A stretch of DNA of 64,000 nucleotides from Cyanidioschyzon merolae (lineage: Eukaryota), in the NCBI GenBank assembly GCA_000091205.1, contig AP006485.2; one strand, written 5' to 3'. Positions 47,001 to 58,036 of this stretch are shown piece by piece. The stretch's first letter is position 1; every line of letters starts with the position of its first letter. The notes under the pieces are model-generated. The model made no database searches, was not told where the DNA came from, and saw only the letters and a program-made list of their open reading frames with translations. The translations under genes were made by a program, and so were the position numbers.

Positions 47001-47104
47001 TGTGAAATAACATCTCTGCATACCTGCAAGGCAGGCGGTAGTGATCCCCCACCCCGCCCCCGCCCCCCAACCCCGAGAAACATTAACATGCCCTGCCGCA
47101 GCGC

Positions 47105-47884
47105 TTACCCGGCCTCGACACCGATACGGAAAATCGTTCGCGATGGATAAACCCACGTCTGACTCGCCTGCTCCTCCAGCGATGAGAATCGCTGGAGGAG
47201 CTCCTCGGGTGCTGTTTCCAGTGCCATGCGCACCGTCTTGGCAACGTGCTCGACGGAGACTGCGAGTATGCCCCCCATGGACAAACGAAGTGTTTTCACA
47301 AGCTGCTGGGCAGCGCGTTCTGCTGGTCTGCTCGCACCGCTCGTTCGAGGCGGCGTCAGCAGCATGCCAGGCCTAAGGATATGCAGGGCCGCTCCGTATT
47401 CTGCACACAGCGCATGGACATGTTTCTCCGTCTCGCCTTTGACCCGCATGTAGAAGAAGAGAGATCGCTCTGAAGCACCAGATGCGGATATTAGTGCAAT
47501 TTTCCGAGCTCCGCAAGCTAAAGCTGTTCTTACGAAACCACAAATATAGTCGTGATCGACCCGTTGGAAAACCTCTTTTGACCCCCCAGCGTCTTTCATT
47601 GTGGTTCCCAGCGCACACACGGCAGCGCCAACGCCGGAAAGACTCCATAGCGGACAGTCCTTCGAGCGCCGTTCCGCAGGCGTTAATGTTAGTTCCCCAA
47701 AGTCCTCCAGAACGATCACGCGCACTTTACCAGCGTCTGCGAACGGGAGGCGAACATTTGCGCGACGGCAAAGGGCAATGACTTCTTCGCACCGCGGAGT
47801 TGCCACCAGCTCACGAACGATAGCTTGGCCACAGGCTCCAGTGGCACCAGCAACGAGAACCTTGTACGAGGCTGCGGCACTCAT
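47105..47884 (-). CDS. HTATIP2/TIP30-like NAD(P)-binding Rossmann-fold oxidoreductase (atypical SDR)
   Basis: N-terminal KVLVAGATGACGQAIVREL. Collinear with the HTATIP2 family through ..CALGTT..VDHDY...ISASGA..FFYMRVKGE. Confidence 0.6.
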   Translation of the reverse strand: MSAAASYKVLVAGATGACGQAIVRELVATPRCEEVIALCRRANVRLPFADAGKVRVIVLEDFGELTLTPAERRSKDCPLWSLSGVGAAVCALGTTMKDAGGSKEVFQRVDHDYICGFVRTALACGARKIALISASGASERSLFFYMRVKGETEKHVHALCAEYGAALHILRPGMLLTPPRTSGASRPAERAAQQLVKTLRLSMGGILAVSVEHVAKTVRMALETAPEELLQRFSSLEEQASQTWVYPSRTIFRIGVEAG

Positions 47885-49309
47885 GACGTGCCCGATAGCC
47901 CAGGGGTCGCTTTGTGGCGTTCAGCCGCAGCACCAGAAGCGCCAGTACCAGTACCGGGGTGTCGAGCGGAGTCGAACTGCAGGAGCAGTGTCAGTAGAAG
48001 CCACTGTAACAATAGACTCGCAGATTGGCAGTGCAGAAGCAGTACCCGAAGCAGCAACAGGTTTGCGAGAAGCAGCCGACGCTGCAAATCGGCTGCTCCT
48101 CGCAGGCCTTCCATGCAGATCAGTCGATGACACAACTTGGGGATCGTGAAACTGTAGAATGAAATTGTTTGCGAATGCAAAAGTCCCAATTGGTCATTGA
48201 AATTTACTTCGGGACACGCAGATGCAACTGACTGACACAATCAGGATTGCTGGAGTACAGCCAATAGCTCGGGTTCTGCGACGGAACCGTCGCACGAGAC
48301 CCATGGAAGCCACCAAAACAGTCGTCTAGCACTCTAATGCGACTTTCTAAAGCAGAAAAGTTAACGCTATCAACTACGAGCGGAGCAGGTGCTCATCACA
48401 TCTCATACGCCTGAGGATTCTGTTTCACGGCATGCGGTGCCATTGTCGTAGCGACGACAATCTCATTGACAAGATCACCTGCTTTGCTTCGAGCATATCG
48501 TCAAGAAGATAACGCAGAGCCGTTCTGTCTCCTTGTGGTGATCGTGCATGTTGGCTCGGCATTGTGGCAAGCGTCCGCACTAGGTAAAACACCAGCACCG
48601 TTTCAGATCGATCAGCCATCTAAGCTTCACGGGAACATGCACTCGAGGTCCATGGAACCTAGAAGCGTCAACAATCGTCATGCGGTGCGGTGTCCGGCTT
48701 GTTGCATTACTCGAGCATCCAACGGCATCTGCGTAGATTCCCTGACTTTGTCCCTAGGATGAAGCTGCTTCGCGTCTGATCCCTAATAAGTCTGAGACTG
48801 CTTCGGCGACCGCGCAACCCGCATGCCGAAAACACCGTGGAGGAACTCGGCAGTGTTGCTACGTCTATTGAATCCGCGCAAATGTATGCCAGTGATGCTT
48901 CATGTAATGTAAAGCGCACGGACGCTAACGGCAATCCTGTCCAGTCTGGTGACCAGGTCGGCCTGTTTCGCGAGTCACGCCGCGCACGACTTTTTCAGTA
49001 ATTGCAGGCAACACTAGAGGCAGCCTTTCAACGAACCAGCAGCACCGGATGGGCGTCTCATTCGTGGATGGTAGCATGCGAGATCCGCGGGCGAAGCAGA
49101 GCTCGCTCCCCTGAATACCGATACCCGTCGTGCATCCGGGATGCCCGATACAATGGATTGATCCGGCACCATGCAACATGTGAGCCGCGGTTGCTAGCGC
49201 AGGCGCGAGCACTGCTCAGTGAACCGCCAAGACGCCGCGTTTCCACCGGGCAGCCCGCAGCAAGGCCCGGCGCTCGAGCACCCACAAGACCGTGCAACGG
49301 TCGTAGGGA

Positions 49310-50014
49310 TCAGAGGATTCCGTACCTTCCTTCAAACGCATGGCAAACGCGACTGCAAATGGTTGCGGCAGAACATGCATATGCGCTAATGGCCATGTGC
49401 TCCTCGGTCCAGTCGGGAGCAATATCCCCGTGGCTGATCGCACCAATAGCAAAAGCCACATCCTCATCATTGGCTATATCATGAACAGCAAGTTCACGAA
49501 TATCTCGAAGTTTTTCGCTCGTATCCGTGAGGAGGATTTTACGGCATCCCACGGGGAGATGTTTCGCAATGGGATTCGGCACCACTCTCATCAGTATTTC
49601 ATTTGAGTTCGTCGCCAAAATTCGACGTTTCTCTAGCAGCTGCGCAACAAGTCCACTAAAGCGACGAAACGTGCGCGGTAACCGCACTCTAGGGTGCACT
49701 TCGATGAGAACGTTCTTTTCCGTGTGTATGAACACACGCAACCGACCCGCTTTGTTCAGAGGAGAGTCCAGCAGATTCAGCAGACAATGATGTGTGATGT
49801 CTGGGCGATATTTCGCGGGATCGCTCCCCAATGATCGGGTAATGAAGGTGGCGTGCTCCTCGCCCGAGAGCAGCACAAGCGGCTCCGCGGCACCTTGGCG
49901 CCGCTTTCCTTTATCGACCCGAGCGGCTTCAAGACAGGCCCCTTCAAGCACTACGTAGACTTTCCCACTGCCTATGTAGTCCTCAGTGGATACCTCTGTT
50001 CGTCGACGCTTCAT
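49310..50014 (-). CDS. EMG1: Ribosomal RNA small subunit methyltransferase NEP1/EMG1. The ORF extends to 50197, but homology starts near Met at 50014.
   Basis: Blocks VYVVLEGACLEAARV, RPDITHHCLLNLLDSPLNKAGRLRVFIHTEKNVLIEVHPRVRLPRTFRRFSGLVAQLL and VFAIGAISHGD are collinear with EMG1/Nep1. Confidence 0.85.
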   Translation of the reverse strand: MKRRRTEVSTEDYIGSGKVYVVLEGACLEAARVDKGKRRQGAAEPLVLLSGEEHATFITRSLGSDPAKYRPDITHHCLLNLLDSPLNKAGRLRVFIHTEKNVLIEVHPRVRLPRTFRRFSGLVAQLLEKRRILATNSNEILMRVVPNPIAKHLPVGCRKILLTDTSEKLRDIRELAVHDIANDEDVAFAIGAISHGDIAPDWTEEHMAISAYACSAATICSRVCHAFEGRYGIL

Positions 50015-50329
50015 TACACCCGTAAGTTCTACAACACCGAGAATATACTCGAACACCTGACACCGCCGTCCGATGTTTGACGGTACGGCGGGCAGGCCGG
50101 ACGCCCGCCGCGACGCTGCGGAACACACACCCCAGCGACGGCTGTGGAGAAGTGTCGACGAGCTATTGGAGTTGTTGCAAACTGACGTTGCTTGCACACC
50201 AGTGTTACGGGGTATTCAGCGCTTGTGCTGGCGAAACACTAGGGAAGACATATCCGCAACAGATCCTTTGGGGGTTGTACGTGCGGCTGGTGTACGATTA
50301 ACAAGGAAAGCGGTTACCGCTTGTGAAGC

Positions 50330-51325
50330 TTGCCACGTGCTATGCGGCCGCTGCTTTTGAAAGGGCATGAGCGCCCGCTGACCCAGCTCAAGTTCAATCC
50401 TGAAGGGGACCTGCTCTTTACAACCGCGAAAGATACGCGCCCAACGGTATGGTGGGCCTCCACCGGCGAGCGTCTCGGCACGTACGACGGCCACACGGGT
50501 GCTGTTTGGTCGTGCGACGTTTTCTGGGACTCGACGCGTCTTCTAACCGGCTCTGCCGATAACACTGCGCGCCTCTGGGACGTCCAGACGGGACGAGAGC
50601 TTTTTCGTTGGTCGCTACGATCTTCGGTGAGATCGGTGGGTGTGGCGCCCGGCTGCCGTTTGATGCACCTCGCGAACTCCAAGCTCCTGGGCCAGGAGTC
50701 CTGCATCCACCTCTTTCGTCTAAAGTCAGACGGTAACTGGCAGGAACAAGAGACGGAACCGTTCCTGGTGCTTCGTGGGCATACGGCGACCATAACTGGA
50801 GTCGTTTGGTACAACACGGCCGAGTATATGCTCTCGGTCTCGGAGGACGGCACAGTCCGCAAATGGGATGTCGAAACCGGCAAGGAAGTCGATCGTGCCA
50901 AGCGTCACAAGAAAGCAATCACCGATATCAAGTTCAGCAAGGATCATCAGATGTTTTTGACGGGATCTGCAGACGGGACAGCGGTTCTCTGGGATACCCA
51001 CGCCATGCAGGAGATCAGGTCATTCGTTCTGGACCGGCCGCTCAATGCGGTGGACTTGTCGCCGCTCATGCCCCACGCAGTCGTCGGCGGTGGCCAGGAA
51101 GCGAGCCAAGTAACGACTACTGCTGGCAAAGCTGGCAAATTTGCAGCAACGTTCCTTCATTTGATTTATGGGGAAGAGATTTTCTCGGTGAAGGGCCACT
51201 TTGGCCCCATCAATTGTCTCTCTTTTACACCGGATGGACGTGGCTTTGCCTCCGGTGGTGAAGATGGATACGTCCGTTTGCATCACTTTGATGAAGAATA
51301 TTACCGGCGAAGTAGTGAAATATAA
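50330..51325 (+). CDS. EIF3I: Eukaryotic translation initiation factor 3 subunit I (eIF3i, WD40)
   Basis: MRPLLLKGHERPLTQLKFNPEGDLLFTTAKD...YDGHTGAVWSCDV...GGGQEASQVTTTAGKAGKFAATFLHLIYGEEIFSVKGHFGPINCLSFTPDGRGFASGGEDGYVRLHHFDEEY aligns end-to-end with eIF3i. Confidence 0.92.
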   Translation: MPRAMRPLLLKGHERPLTQLKFNPEGDLLFTTAKDTRPTVWWASTGERLGTYDGHTGAVWSCDVFWDSTRLLTGSADNTARLWDVQTGRELFRWSLRSSVRSVGVAPGCRLMHLANSKLLGQESCIHLFRLKSDGNWQEQETEPFLVLRGHTATITGVVWYNTAEYMLSVSEDGTVRKWDVETGKEVDRAKRHKKAITDIKFSKDHQMFLTGSADGTAVLWDTHAMQEIRSFVLDRPLNAVDLSPLMPHAVVGGGQEASQVTTTAGKAGKFAATFLHLIYGEEIFSVKGHFGPINCLSFTPDGRGFASGGEDGYVRLHHFDEEYYRRSSEI

Positions 51326-52181
51326 AAGAGTTTTGTTGCACGACGTTTGGACTCGGGCAGGGCACGGGGCAGTTTCCGTCGCGTTCCCCAGCAGGCAGGC
51401 TTCCGCGATAGCGATGTCATGTAGTTGCCCTACAATAGGTCTGTGTCCGGAGTTGCTCTGGAAACAGGCTACGAAACGCGCTGTGGAGCACGCGATGCTT
51501 CGTTAGCTGGGCTGTGTAGCTCTAGAGGCACCGTGCATGGCATGCGCGCCCATACGGGGCTTGTTCACAGAAGCATAGGCGCGGTCGTTCATCGAAAGCG
51601 CTATGCCACGGTGCCTGCATCGAATGTGGTGAGTAATCGGCGACAGAGACCCGATATCTCCATTGCGAAACGAGTGTCACCAGACGTCTGTCAGACCCAA
51701 TCCGTCCATGCAACGCCTATGGTTGCTTCTCGGGAGCCAGCGCTCCACTGTTTGGCACGCGACCGTCAAGGAAGCCACCGCTATCCGTCGGTGGCGTTCG
51801 GATATCAGCAGACAAGGCTTTTTCGAAGAGGTCATGCACGATGAATCGAACAGATTTGATGTTTGCGGTCGGAACGAAAGACAGCACCCCCAAAGATGCT
51901 CGCACCGGCTCCTCGATTCTATATGCTTGAGTTTTCACGCAGATTCTCTCCATGCGAAACCTGATTTCGCTGATCGCACCGGTTCATCGAGCCGCACTCC
52001 AACGTCCGAGCATCATCGTTCCGTGCACCTTGACGTCCAATAAGTCCATAGATTTCGCATTTGCATGCGTGTCTGGGCAATGCGCGCAACAAATCGATCA
52101 TAGAACGCGCTGCGACGCGGCCGCGCGGCTTACGCGTGCGTTGGCGCGACGCACGCATCCGATGGCGGGAATTCGGCACGC

Positions 52182-53444
52182 ATGCGTCACGTCGCATGCA
52201 ACTGTTTTCTGTTCAACTTGCAGCTTGAACGTTTGCGGGCAGGAATGAAGGTTTTTTCAAATGCAGCGCTTCCTTTGTTCCTACGGAAGGATGCCGGGTC
52301 TATGGTGAAAAACAGGACGCGCTCTTTCCGTTCAAGGCCTTGTGCTGTTGTCACTTCGGCGCTGACTCTTGTGCTTTTTGGCGTCTTGATGTGGTTGCAG
52401 CGTGGCGCTAGGTTCGCGTCACCGGCTGCAAGCCGCCAGGAGTCGCAAGCCCGAGGCGTAGATGCCTCTGATGCTTTTGAACAACCTCAGGACAGCGTTT
52501 CGCAGACGGGCAACGGCCTGTCCATGCGCTCATCTTGCGCTGGTGAAGTCGTCTTCTTTATTCGCAGTCGGAGCAGCGATTTTCCCGAGCGCGTGCAGAG
52601 CGTCCTCAGCACCTGGGGCCAGCTCTTCCCACCGGAAGATCTCTTCTTTGTGTCTGGGGATCCTGTTCGAGACAAGTTCGGGGCGCAGGTGATTGTCGAA
52701 CCGCGTATTGGAGCGGACCCGCTCTATGGACGTTTCCCCGTCCATGACCCGTTGGTGCTGGGTCTCGCATGGAATGTGCTGCAGCAGAGGCAGCAAGTCC
52801 GTTTTATCATGATTATTGACCCTGACACATTCGTTTTGCCCGATAATCTGTGCTCGTATGCGATCCCAGAGGTTTCCAGTGGTAGATCGCCCTACAATGA
52901 CTACGTCTACAGTGGGTTCGGAGTTTATATGGGCCCGCCCTGGGGTGCGAATAACGCCGGCACCTCCTGCCTCGAAAAGGGCAGAGCACCGCGCGAGCTT
53001 CCGAACCAAGGCCCTGCGGGAATTTTCGCTTCTGGACCGGTCGGCGTCCTTCTCAGTCGGGCGTTGGTCCGCGACCTCGCGCCATACGCAGAGGCGATCT
53101 GGAATGAGACCCAGTGCATCGATACCGGTGATATGCGCCTCTGGATGGGCATGTACTTTCATGAGAATGATGCGCTGCAAGGGAAAACGGTCCGTGATGC
53201 GATGTTGTGCTCCTCATTGACAGCATCGGGAAATCTGATGTCTGTATACGAGACCTTGCCGCCGAACCATGCCGTTGTCGAGCGAGACTTCGAGACCTTC
53301 TATGCCACACTGCCGCAAACAAGTCCAGATCATGCAAGAATTCTCATGGAGATGTTTCGCAGGCATCAAATGAGCGCGCTAAGCGCCGCCGATATCATGC
53401 TCGAGTTCCAGCGTCTGCGGAAATGGCGAGAAAACGTACGTTAA
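52182..53444 (+). CDS. Type-II membrane glycosyltransferase, Fringe-like / DUF604 (GT31-related). Signal-anchor TM near the N-terminus; start could be 52245 or 52304.
   Basis: Hydrophobic anchor CAVVTSALTLVLFGVLMWL. Possible DxD-like IIDPDTFV. ASGPVGVLLSRALVRDL resembles the Fringe/DUF604 C-terminal region. Confidence 0.5.
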   Translation: MRHVACNCFLFNLQLERLRAGMKVFSNAALPLFLRKDAGSMVKNRTRSFRSRPCAVVTSALTLVLFGVLMWLQRGARFASPAASRQESQARGVDASDAFEQPQDSVSQTGNGLSMRSSCAGEVVFFIRSRSSDFPERVQSVLSTWGQLFPPEDLFFVSGDPVRDKFGAQVIVEPRIGADPLYGRFPVHDPLVLGLAWNVLQQRQQVRFIMIIDPDTFVLPDNLCSYAIPEVSSGRSPYNDYVYSGFGVYMGPPWGANNAGTSCLEKGRAPRELPNQGPAGIFASGPVGVLLSRALVRDLAPYAEAIWNETQCIDTGDMRLWMGMYFHENDALQGKTVRDAMLCSSLTASGNLMSVYETLPPNHAVVERDFETFYATLPQTSPDHARILMEMFRRHQMSALSAADIMLEFQRLRKWRENVR

Positions 53445-53688
53445 GGGCGTGTTCAGAGACCCGCGATGTTCCACGAGACCCTGCGCCGCCATCTGATGTT
53501 TTCGCACATTGCATATCTGCGTTTGAGGTGCTTGATGACGATTCTTTAGGACATCTCAACGGTGCTGTTGCCTGCTGTGCACCGCGGACAACAAATGAAG
53601 CGATTCGGCTCTCCGATAAAGCTCTTTGAATCGGATGCCACGCGAGGAACGCGGAAAAGCGCGATGCAAACCTTTTTCAACGCAGGCG

Positions 53689-53870
53689 CTGGATTCACGT
53701 TCACAGGGTTGCCTCGTTCACCGGATCCTCCATGTGCAACAAAGACCTGCGCGATGAGAGACTGCATTGGTCCAAGAACTGGATTCGCCTTGACGGAGTT
53801 ACCCCGTGCACCGGATGCTCCATGCGCAACACAGGTACGCGAGCTGACAGGCTGCTCCGGCACACGCAAC
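53689..53870. repeat. About 90-bp imperfect tandem duplication (2 copies)
   Basis: ctggattcacgttcacagggttgcctcgttcaccggatcctccatgtgcaac.. aligns with ctggattcgccttgacggagttaccccgtgcaccggatgctccatgcgcaac.. at about 75% identity. Confidence 0.7.
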
Positions 53871-54490
53871 GAGACAGCTTTGAAATATGTATCGTATTCT
53901 GGCAGATTTCAATATCTCGGTATATTATTCATCAGAAACCCGAAGCCTGGTACCATAAAACGAACACGTCGTATCCGTCCTCTGGACATGCGTCCGCGAA
54001 AGCAGAGTTCGTCAGCGACCAGTAGGGAGGCAAACGAGGCATCTGTGGTTCGCAGATGAGCGCGACAACATCGGCTCAAGCCTCGTGCACCGCTTCATAC
54101 AGGCGCTGCATGTAGAGAAACGCGGTTGTCAATCCGCACCGCAATTAAGACTCGATTGCAGCAGAGAAAAGGGCAGTCAACGGAAGCGTGCCCCCTGGGT
54201 ACGTGCACGAAAACAAAATGTGCAGCCTCGTCCGCATGAGGCGATCGCGTGCATCCTATCATACGCTTCGCCAGAGACCTGGCGGATACAGCGTCGTATG
54301 ATCGGACCATGCTGCGCAGAGCCGAATCCGTTCATGTACGATGTTGCATGCTCTAATAGAATCCCCGTAAACGACCAGAGAGCAGTTTAGAATGTCAGGG
54401 TGCGACACACCCTATGGTGCCCCGGATGTACCCGAACGACATCAGATGAAGGGAGACCAGATGTGGTGTTCCCCGTGCAGCGACTCAGTT

Positions 54491-56317
54491 TCATTGCTTA
54501 AACCCAAAACCGCTCTTCTTGGATGACGAGGCATCACTCTTCTTCTTATTAAGTTTTCGACGAGCAGCTCGGTTCCCGATATTGCTTGCCAGATCCCCAG
54601 ATGCCAGGTTCGTCGCCAAGTCTCCCGGATTCTGTGACGCATTCGAAGGAACCGGTCCAGCGCCACTGCCACCGCCCATCATCCTTCTCGACATCTGGGC
54701 CATCACGTTCCTCATGTTCACGAAATCGCGCATGAGGCTCTCCACTTGCTCCAGCGATCGACCCGATCCCCGGGCAATCCGTCGCATGCGACTCGCCGCC
54801 GTTTTATCAACGGTGAGTAGATCGGGATTCGCGCGCTCCCGCGGCGTCATCGAATTAATGACAGACTCAGCTAGGCGCAGACGCTTTTCGCCAGCGCGCA
54901 ACTGGTCCTCCTTCAGCATACCGGAGACGCCAGGCAACAACTTTAGAACGCCGGCGAAGGAACCCATCGAACGCACGAACCGAGTCTGGCGTAAAAAGTC
55001 ATTGAAATCAAAGCGCGCCTCCAGCATCTTGCGAGCCAGCTGTTCAGCCTCCTTTTCGTCGACCGCCTCCTGCGCACGCTCAACCAGCGTGATGATATCA
55101 CCCATGCCGAGGATGCGTGACGCCATTCGATCTGGATAGAATTTCTCCAGTTTGTCCAGTTTCTCACCAACCCCGATGAATTTAATCGGCGCCCCCGAGA
55201 TCTGCTTGATCGACAACGCTGCGCCGCCGCGCGTGTCGCCATCCATTTTCGTGAGGATCGCACCCGTGATCCCAATCCGCTCATGGAATGCTCGCGTGAT
55301 ATTGGCTGCCTCCTGACCGATCATCCCATCGACAACGAGCAGGATTTCCGCTGGAGAGAGCACCCGCTTGATCTGTTGAAGCTCCTCCATGAGTCGCTCA
55401 TCGATGACTTGGCGGCCGGCTGTGTCCACGATCATAAAATCGAACGCTTTCTGTTTGGCGTAGTCGAGGGCTCTGGTGGCCACCTCCAGTGCGGTAACGG
55501 AGCCGGTCCCAACCATAGCTGGGATGAAAACTTCCGTTTCAATTTGTTGACCTAGCGTTTGGAGTTGCTCGACTGCGGCTGGTCGCTGCACATCAGCCGC
55601 AACGAGCAGAACCTTTTTCCGCGATCGCTTTTCGGTTTGGAGTAAACGTGCAAGTTTCGCTGATTGTGTCGTCTTGCCAGCGCCCTGCAGGCCGGCCATG
55701 AGAATCACGGTAGGTTTCGTGGGACTCTCTGCTAGTGCCGGCAGAGGAGATGCACCCGCCTTGCTGGAACTGGTCGCCGGGTCACCGCCTAGCAGGCGAA
55801 TCAGCTCGTCGTAGACGATTTTCACGAACTGCTGGCCTGGTGTTACGCCTTTCACAACCTTCATGTTCAGCGCTTGCTCTTTAATCGCGGCAAGGAGGAT
55901 GTCGACCACTTTGACGTTTACATCAGCGTCAATCAAGGCGCGCCTCACTTCTTTAAGGGTCGGCTCGATATTGGTCTCCGTGATTTTGTCCAGACCTCGC
56001 AGTGCGGCCAATGAGCGTTGAAAGTTTTCGGTAAGGGCTTCAAAAAGCATTCGGGTACCTGCAAAGCCATGAGGAGAACCCCGCAGAGCGTGAAACCTGC
56101 GGAAAGCAACCTGCTCCCTCTCCAGGTGCAGCACTCTTGCTGTTGCAATACCCGCCCTGTCGTAGCTTCCTAGCCACGCTGACTTGTGACGGAAAGAGCA
56201 TCCCGTGCTCGCCTGGGGCCCGAACCCGCGGCTGTTTCTTCCGGGGCAAACAGCTCGCAGCTGCCTATTGCGGGAGGTTCTTGACCAACAAACGTGAACC
56301 TGAAAGGCTGTTTGCAT
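54491..56317 (-). CDS. ffh: Signal recognition particle 54-kDa GTPase of bacterial Ffh type (cpSRP54-like) with an about 90-aa N-terminal presequence
   Basis: NG domain VILMAGLQGAGKTT...DTAGR...DGDTRGGAALS...KFIGVGEK...PDRMASRILGMGD. M-domain with LLPGVSGM and a basic C-terminal tail. Collinear with Ffh along its whole length. Confidence 0.9.
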   Translation of the reverse strand: MQTAFQVHVCWSRTSRNRQLRAVCPGRNSRGFGPQASTGCSFRHKSAWLGSYDRAGIATARVLHLEREQVAFRRFHALRGSPHGFAGTRMLFEALTENFQRSLAALRGLDKITETNIEPTLKEVRRALIDADVNVKVVDILLAAIKEQALNMKVVKGVTPGQQFVKIVYDELIRLLGGDPATSSSKAGASPLPALAESPTKPTVILMAGLQGAGKTTQSAKLARLLQTEKRSRKKVLLVAADVQRPAAVEQLQTLGQQIETEVFIPAMVGTGSVTALEVATRALDYAKQKAFDFMIVDTAGRQVIDERLMEELQQIKRVLSPAEILLVVDGMIGQEAANITRAFHERIGITGAILTKMDGDTRGGAALSIKQISGAPIKFIGVGEKLDKLEKFYPDRMASRILGMGDIITLVERAQEAVDEKEAEQLARKMLEARFDFNDFLRQTRFVRSMGSFAGVLKLLPGVSGMLKEDQLRAGEKRLRLAESVINSMTPRERANPDLLTVDKTAASRMRRIARGSGRSLEQVESLMRDFVNMRNVMAQMSRRMMGGGSGAGPVPSNASQNPGDLATNLASGDLASNIGNRAARRKLNKKKSDASSSKKSGFGFKQ

Positions 56318-58012
56318 CTCCAGTCGCTCGAAGCGTCCGAACTGTGCACCCGCTCAGCTGCAAGTACCTGAACTTGCCGGCTGTTAGGAATCAAGCGTCC
56401 CCTCGCGAAGGCGACGGGCACGCGCCAGCGTGCGGCCTCGCGCCCACGTACGCCGGGAGGCCGCCCGCCGCCGCCGCATCACCGGGGCGGGATCGCCATC
56501 GCACCCGGACCTGTCGAAGCATTTGCGGGTACGCTCGTGCCGATGAACATGGAACACTGCACTGCATGCTGTTTCCCTGATTTTCAGTATTTGCGAGGTT
56601 TTTATTCGATGTCCAGTTTTGGTGTATGAAGTGCAGCAGTAAGCGTGCGCAGACACACAAGTCGTTGTATGAATCTCGGACGCAATTTTGATGTGGAATC
56701 CTCGCCGCGTTGCAGATGCAGTTTGCTCTGTTACCGGATTCAGGATAATTTGCAATGCGCTCGAACAAGGACTTGTAAATGAATCGAGTACCTCTTCCAA
56801 AGCATATGTGTGAACATCGATTATTTACTTGTTGTTAGGTGTAGCATGCTTAAATCCCCCATGCTTTAAGTTTTTCCAAGCATTTTGTCGCTAGGCAACT
56901 CGTCGACGTCCGTGATGACATGTCAACAAGCTGATGCCGAATTTTCACAGAGCTTATCGTGTTCAATAATCGATTCTGTTCGTAAGACAAATCCACTTTT
57001 CTTTGTTGCCATTGATGAAATGGCATACCTCTGCATAATGATACCTTTCATGGAATATGCTCCCAGACGCCCCGATGTCTTATGTTCGCATGGAAAGGAG
57101 CCTTCGGATTGGATTTCATTTGTGGCAGTGATTGCTTCCAGTGGAGTTCGCATCACCGCTTTGCAGGAATGGAGCGCAAACAGATCGAAATGTCTCGACG
57201 TGTTCTCAAGGCTGGATTTGTCTTTTGGTGCTTGTTTCATCATGGACAACATCGCGTTCCACGTATGCTCCATCTATTGGGGAAGTGTGCGCTTGCATGC
57301 GCAGCGGACGGCGTAATCGCCGCAAAAAGACGCAATGATGAAGCCACTGATGGCGGAGTGCAGCACCGGACGCGGAAACGGAGGAGTGCATCGAGGCGAG
57401 CCCCTGCAACTGTCAAGGGCGTTTATCGAATGGTGGTGCAAGCGTTCGCAGGCCAGAGAACGGCGCTAAGAGCAGAATGAGGTGTGATTCAGGTTTGAGA
57501 ACTCCTGACGACTGCCAAATGTAACCCTTGCCAGGGGTGCACAGAGGCTTGATCTAAATTGGATGAAGATAGTACGTGAAACGTAAATTCCTATTTCCGC
57601 CTGTGCATAAATTGGGTGAACAACATCTGGAAGCAGCGAAATTTTGCCTTTGACGCTGCCTTGATTATCCTTCGACCGCTGGTGACGGAACTGTAAAGAA
57701 GCGAGAGACCGGCGTCGTTCAAGTCTGTGATCAGAGGACGGATAAGGGAGCAGTCGCAGAATGTCTCGCATATGCTGGTATAGATGGTATTGGAAAGAAA
57801 AGGGAAACCTCAGCGTATAGGGGCCAATCAGTGGATCTGCTCTATTTCATACCGACATGGATGTAGTAGGGCGATGCAAGAATTGCCACGAGTGCTGGCC
57901 TTGCAAAAGAAAATAGGAATAGAAGCCGCGGTGTCCAAGTCTATTCCGCCATAACATACCATTCGACAGACGCTATGTACTCGTGAATACGGGCGCTCTC
58001 TGTATTCCACAT

Positions 58013-58036
58013 CTCGCTCGCTCGCTCGCTCGCTCG
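58013..58036. repeat. (CTCG)6 tetranucleotide repeat
   Basis: Read directly. Confidence 0.9.

Noticed and set aside
47601-48149. 182-aa +strand ORF
   Set aside because: Largely antisense to the HTATIP2-like gene and low complexity.
52530-53180. 216-aa minus-strand ORF
   Set aside because: Antisense to the glycosyltransferase gene.
20241-53870. Tandem repeats as possible CRISPR arrays
   Set aside because: Only 2-3 contiguous copies, with no unique spacers between repeats and no cas genes. This is eukaryotic DNA.
54519-55139. 206-aa +strand ORF
   Set aside because: Antisense to Ffh/SRP54. Compositional artefact.
27901-56317. Interpreting GlyQS, Der and Ffh as evidence for a bacterial genome or a bacterial operon or island
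   Set aside because: They are separated by tens of kb. Each has a eukaryote-style N-terminal extension. They are interleaved with unambiguously eukaryotic genes (Ub-eL40, eIF3i, EMG1, SLX1) and a spliceosomal intron.
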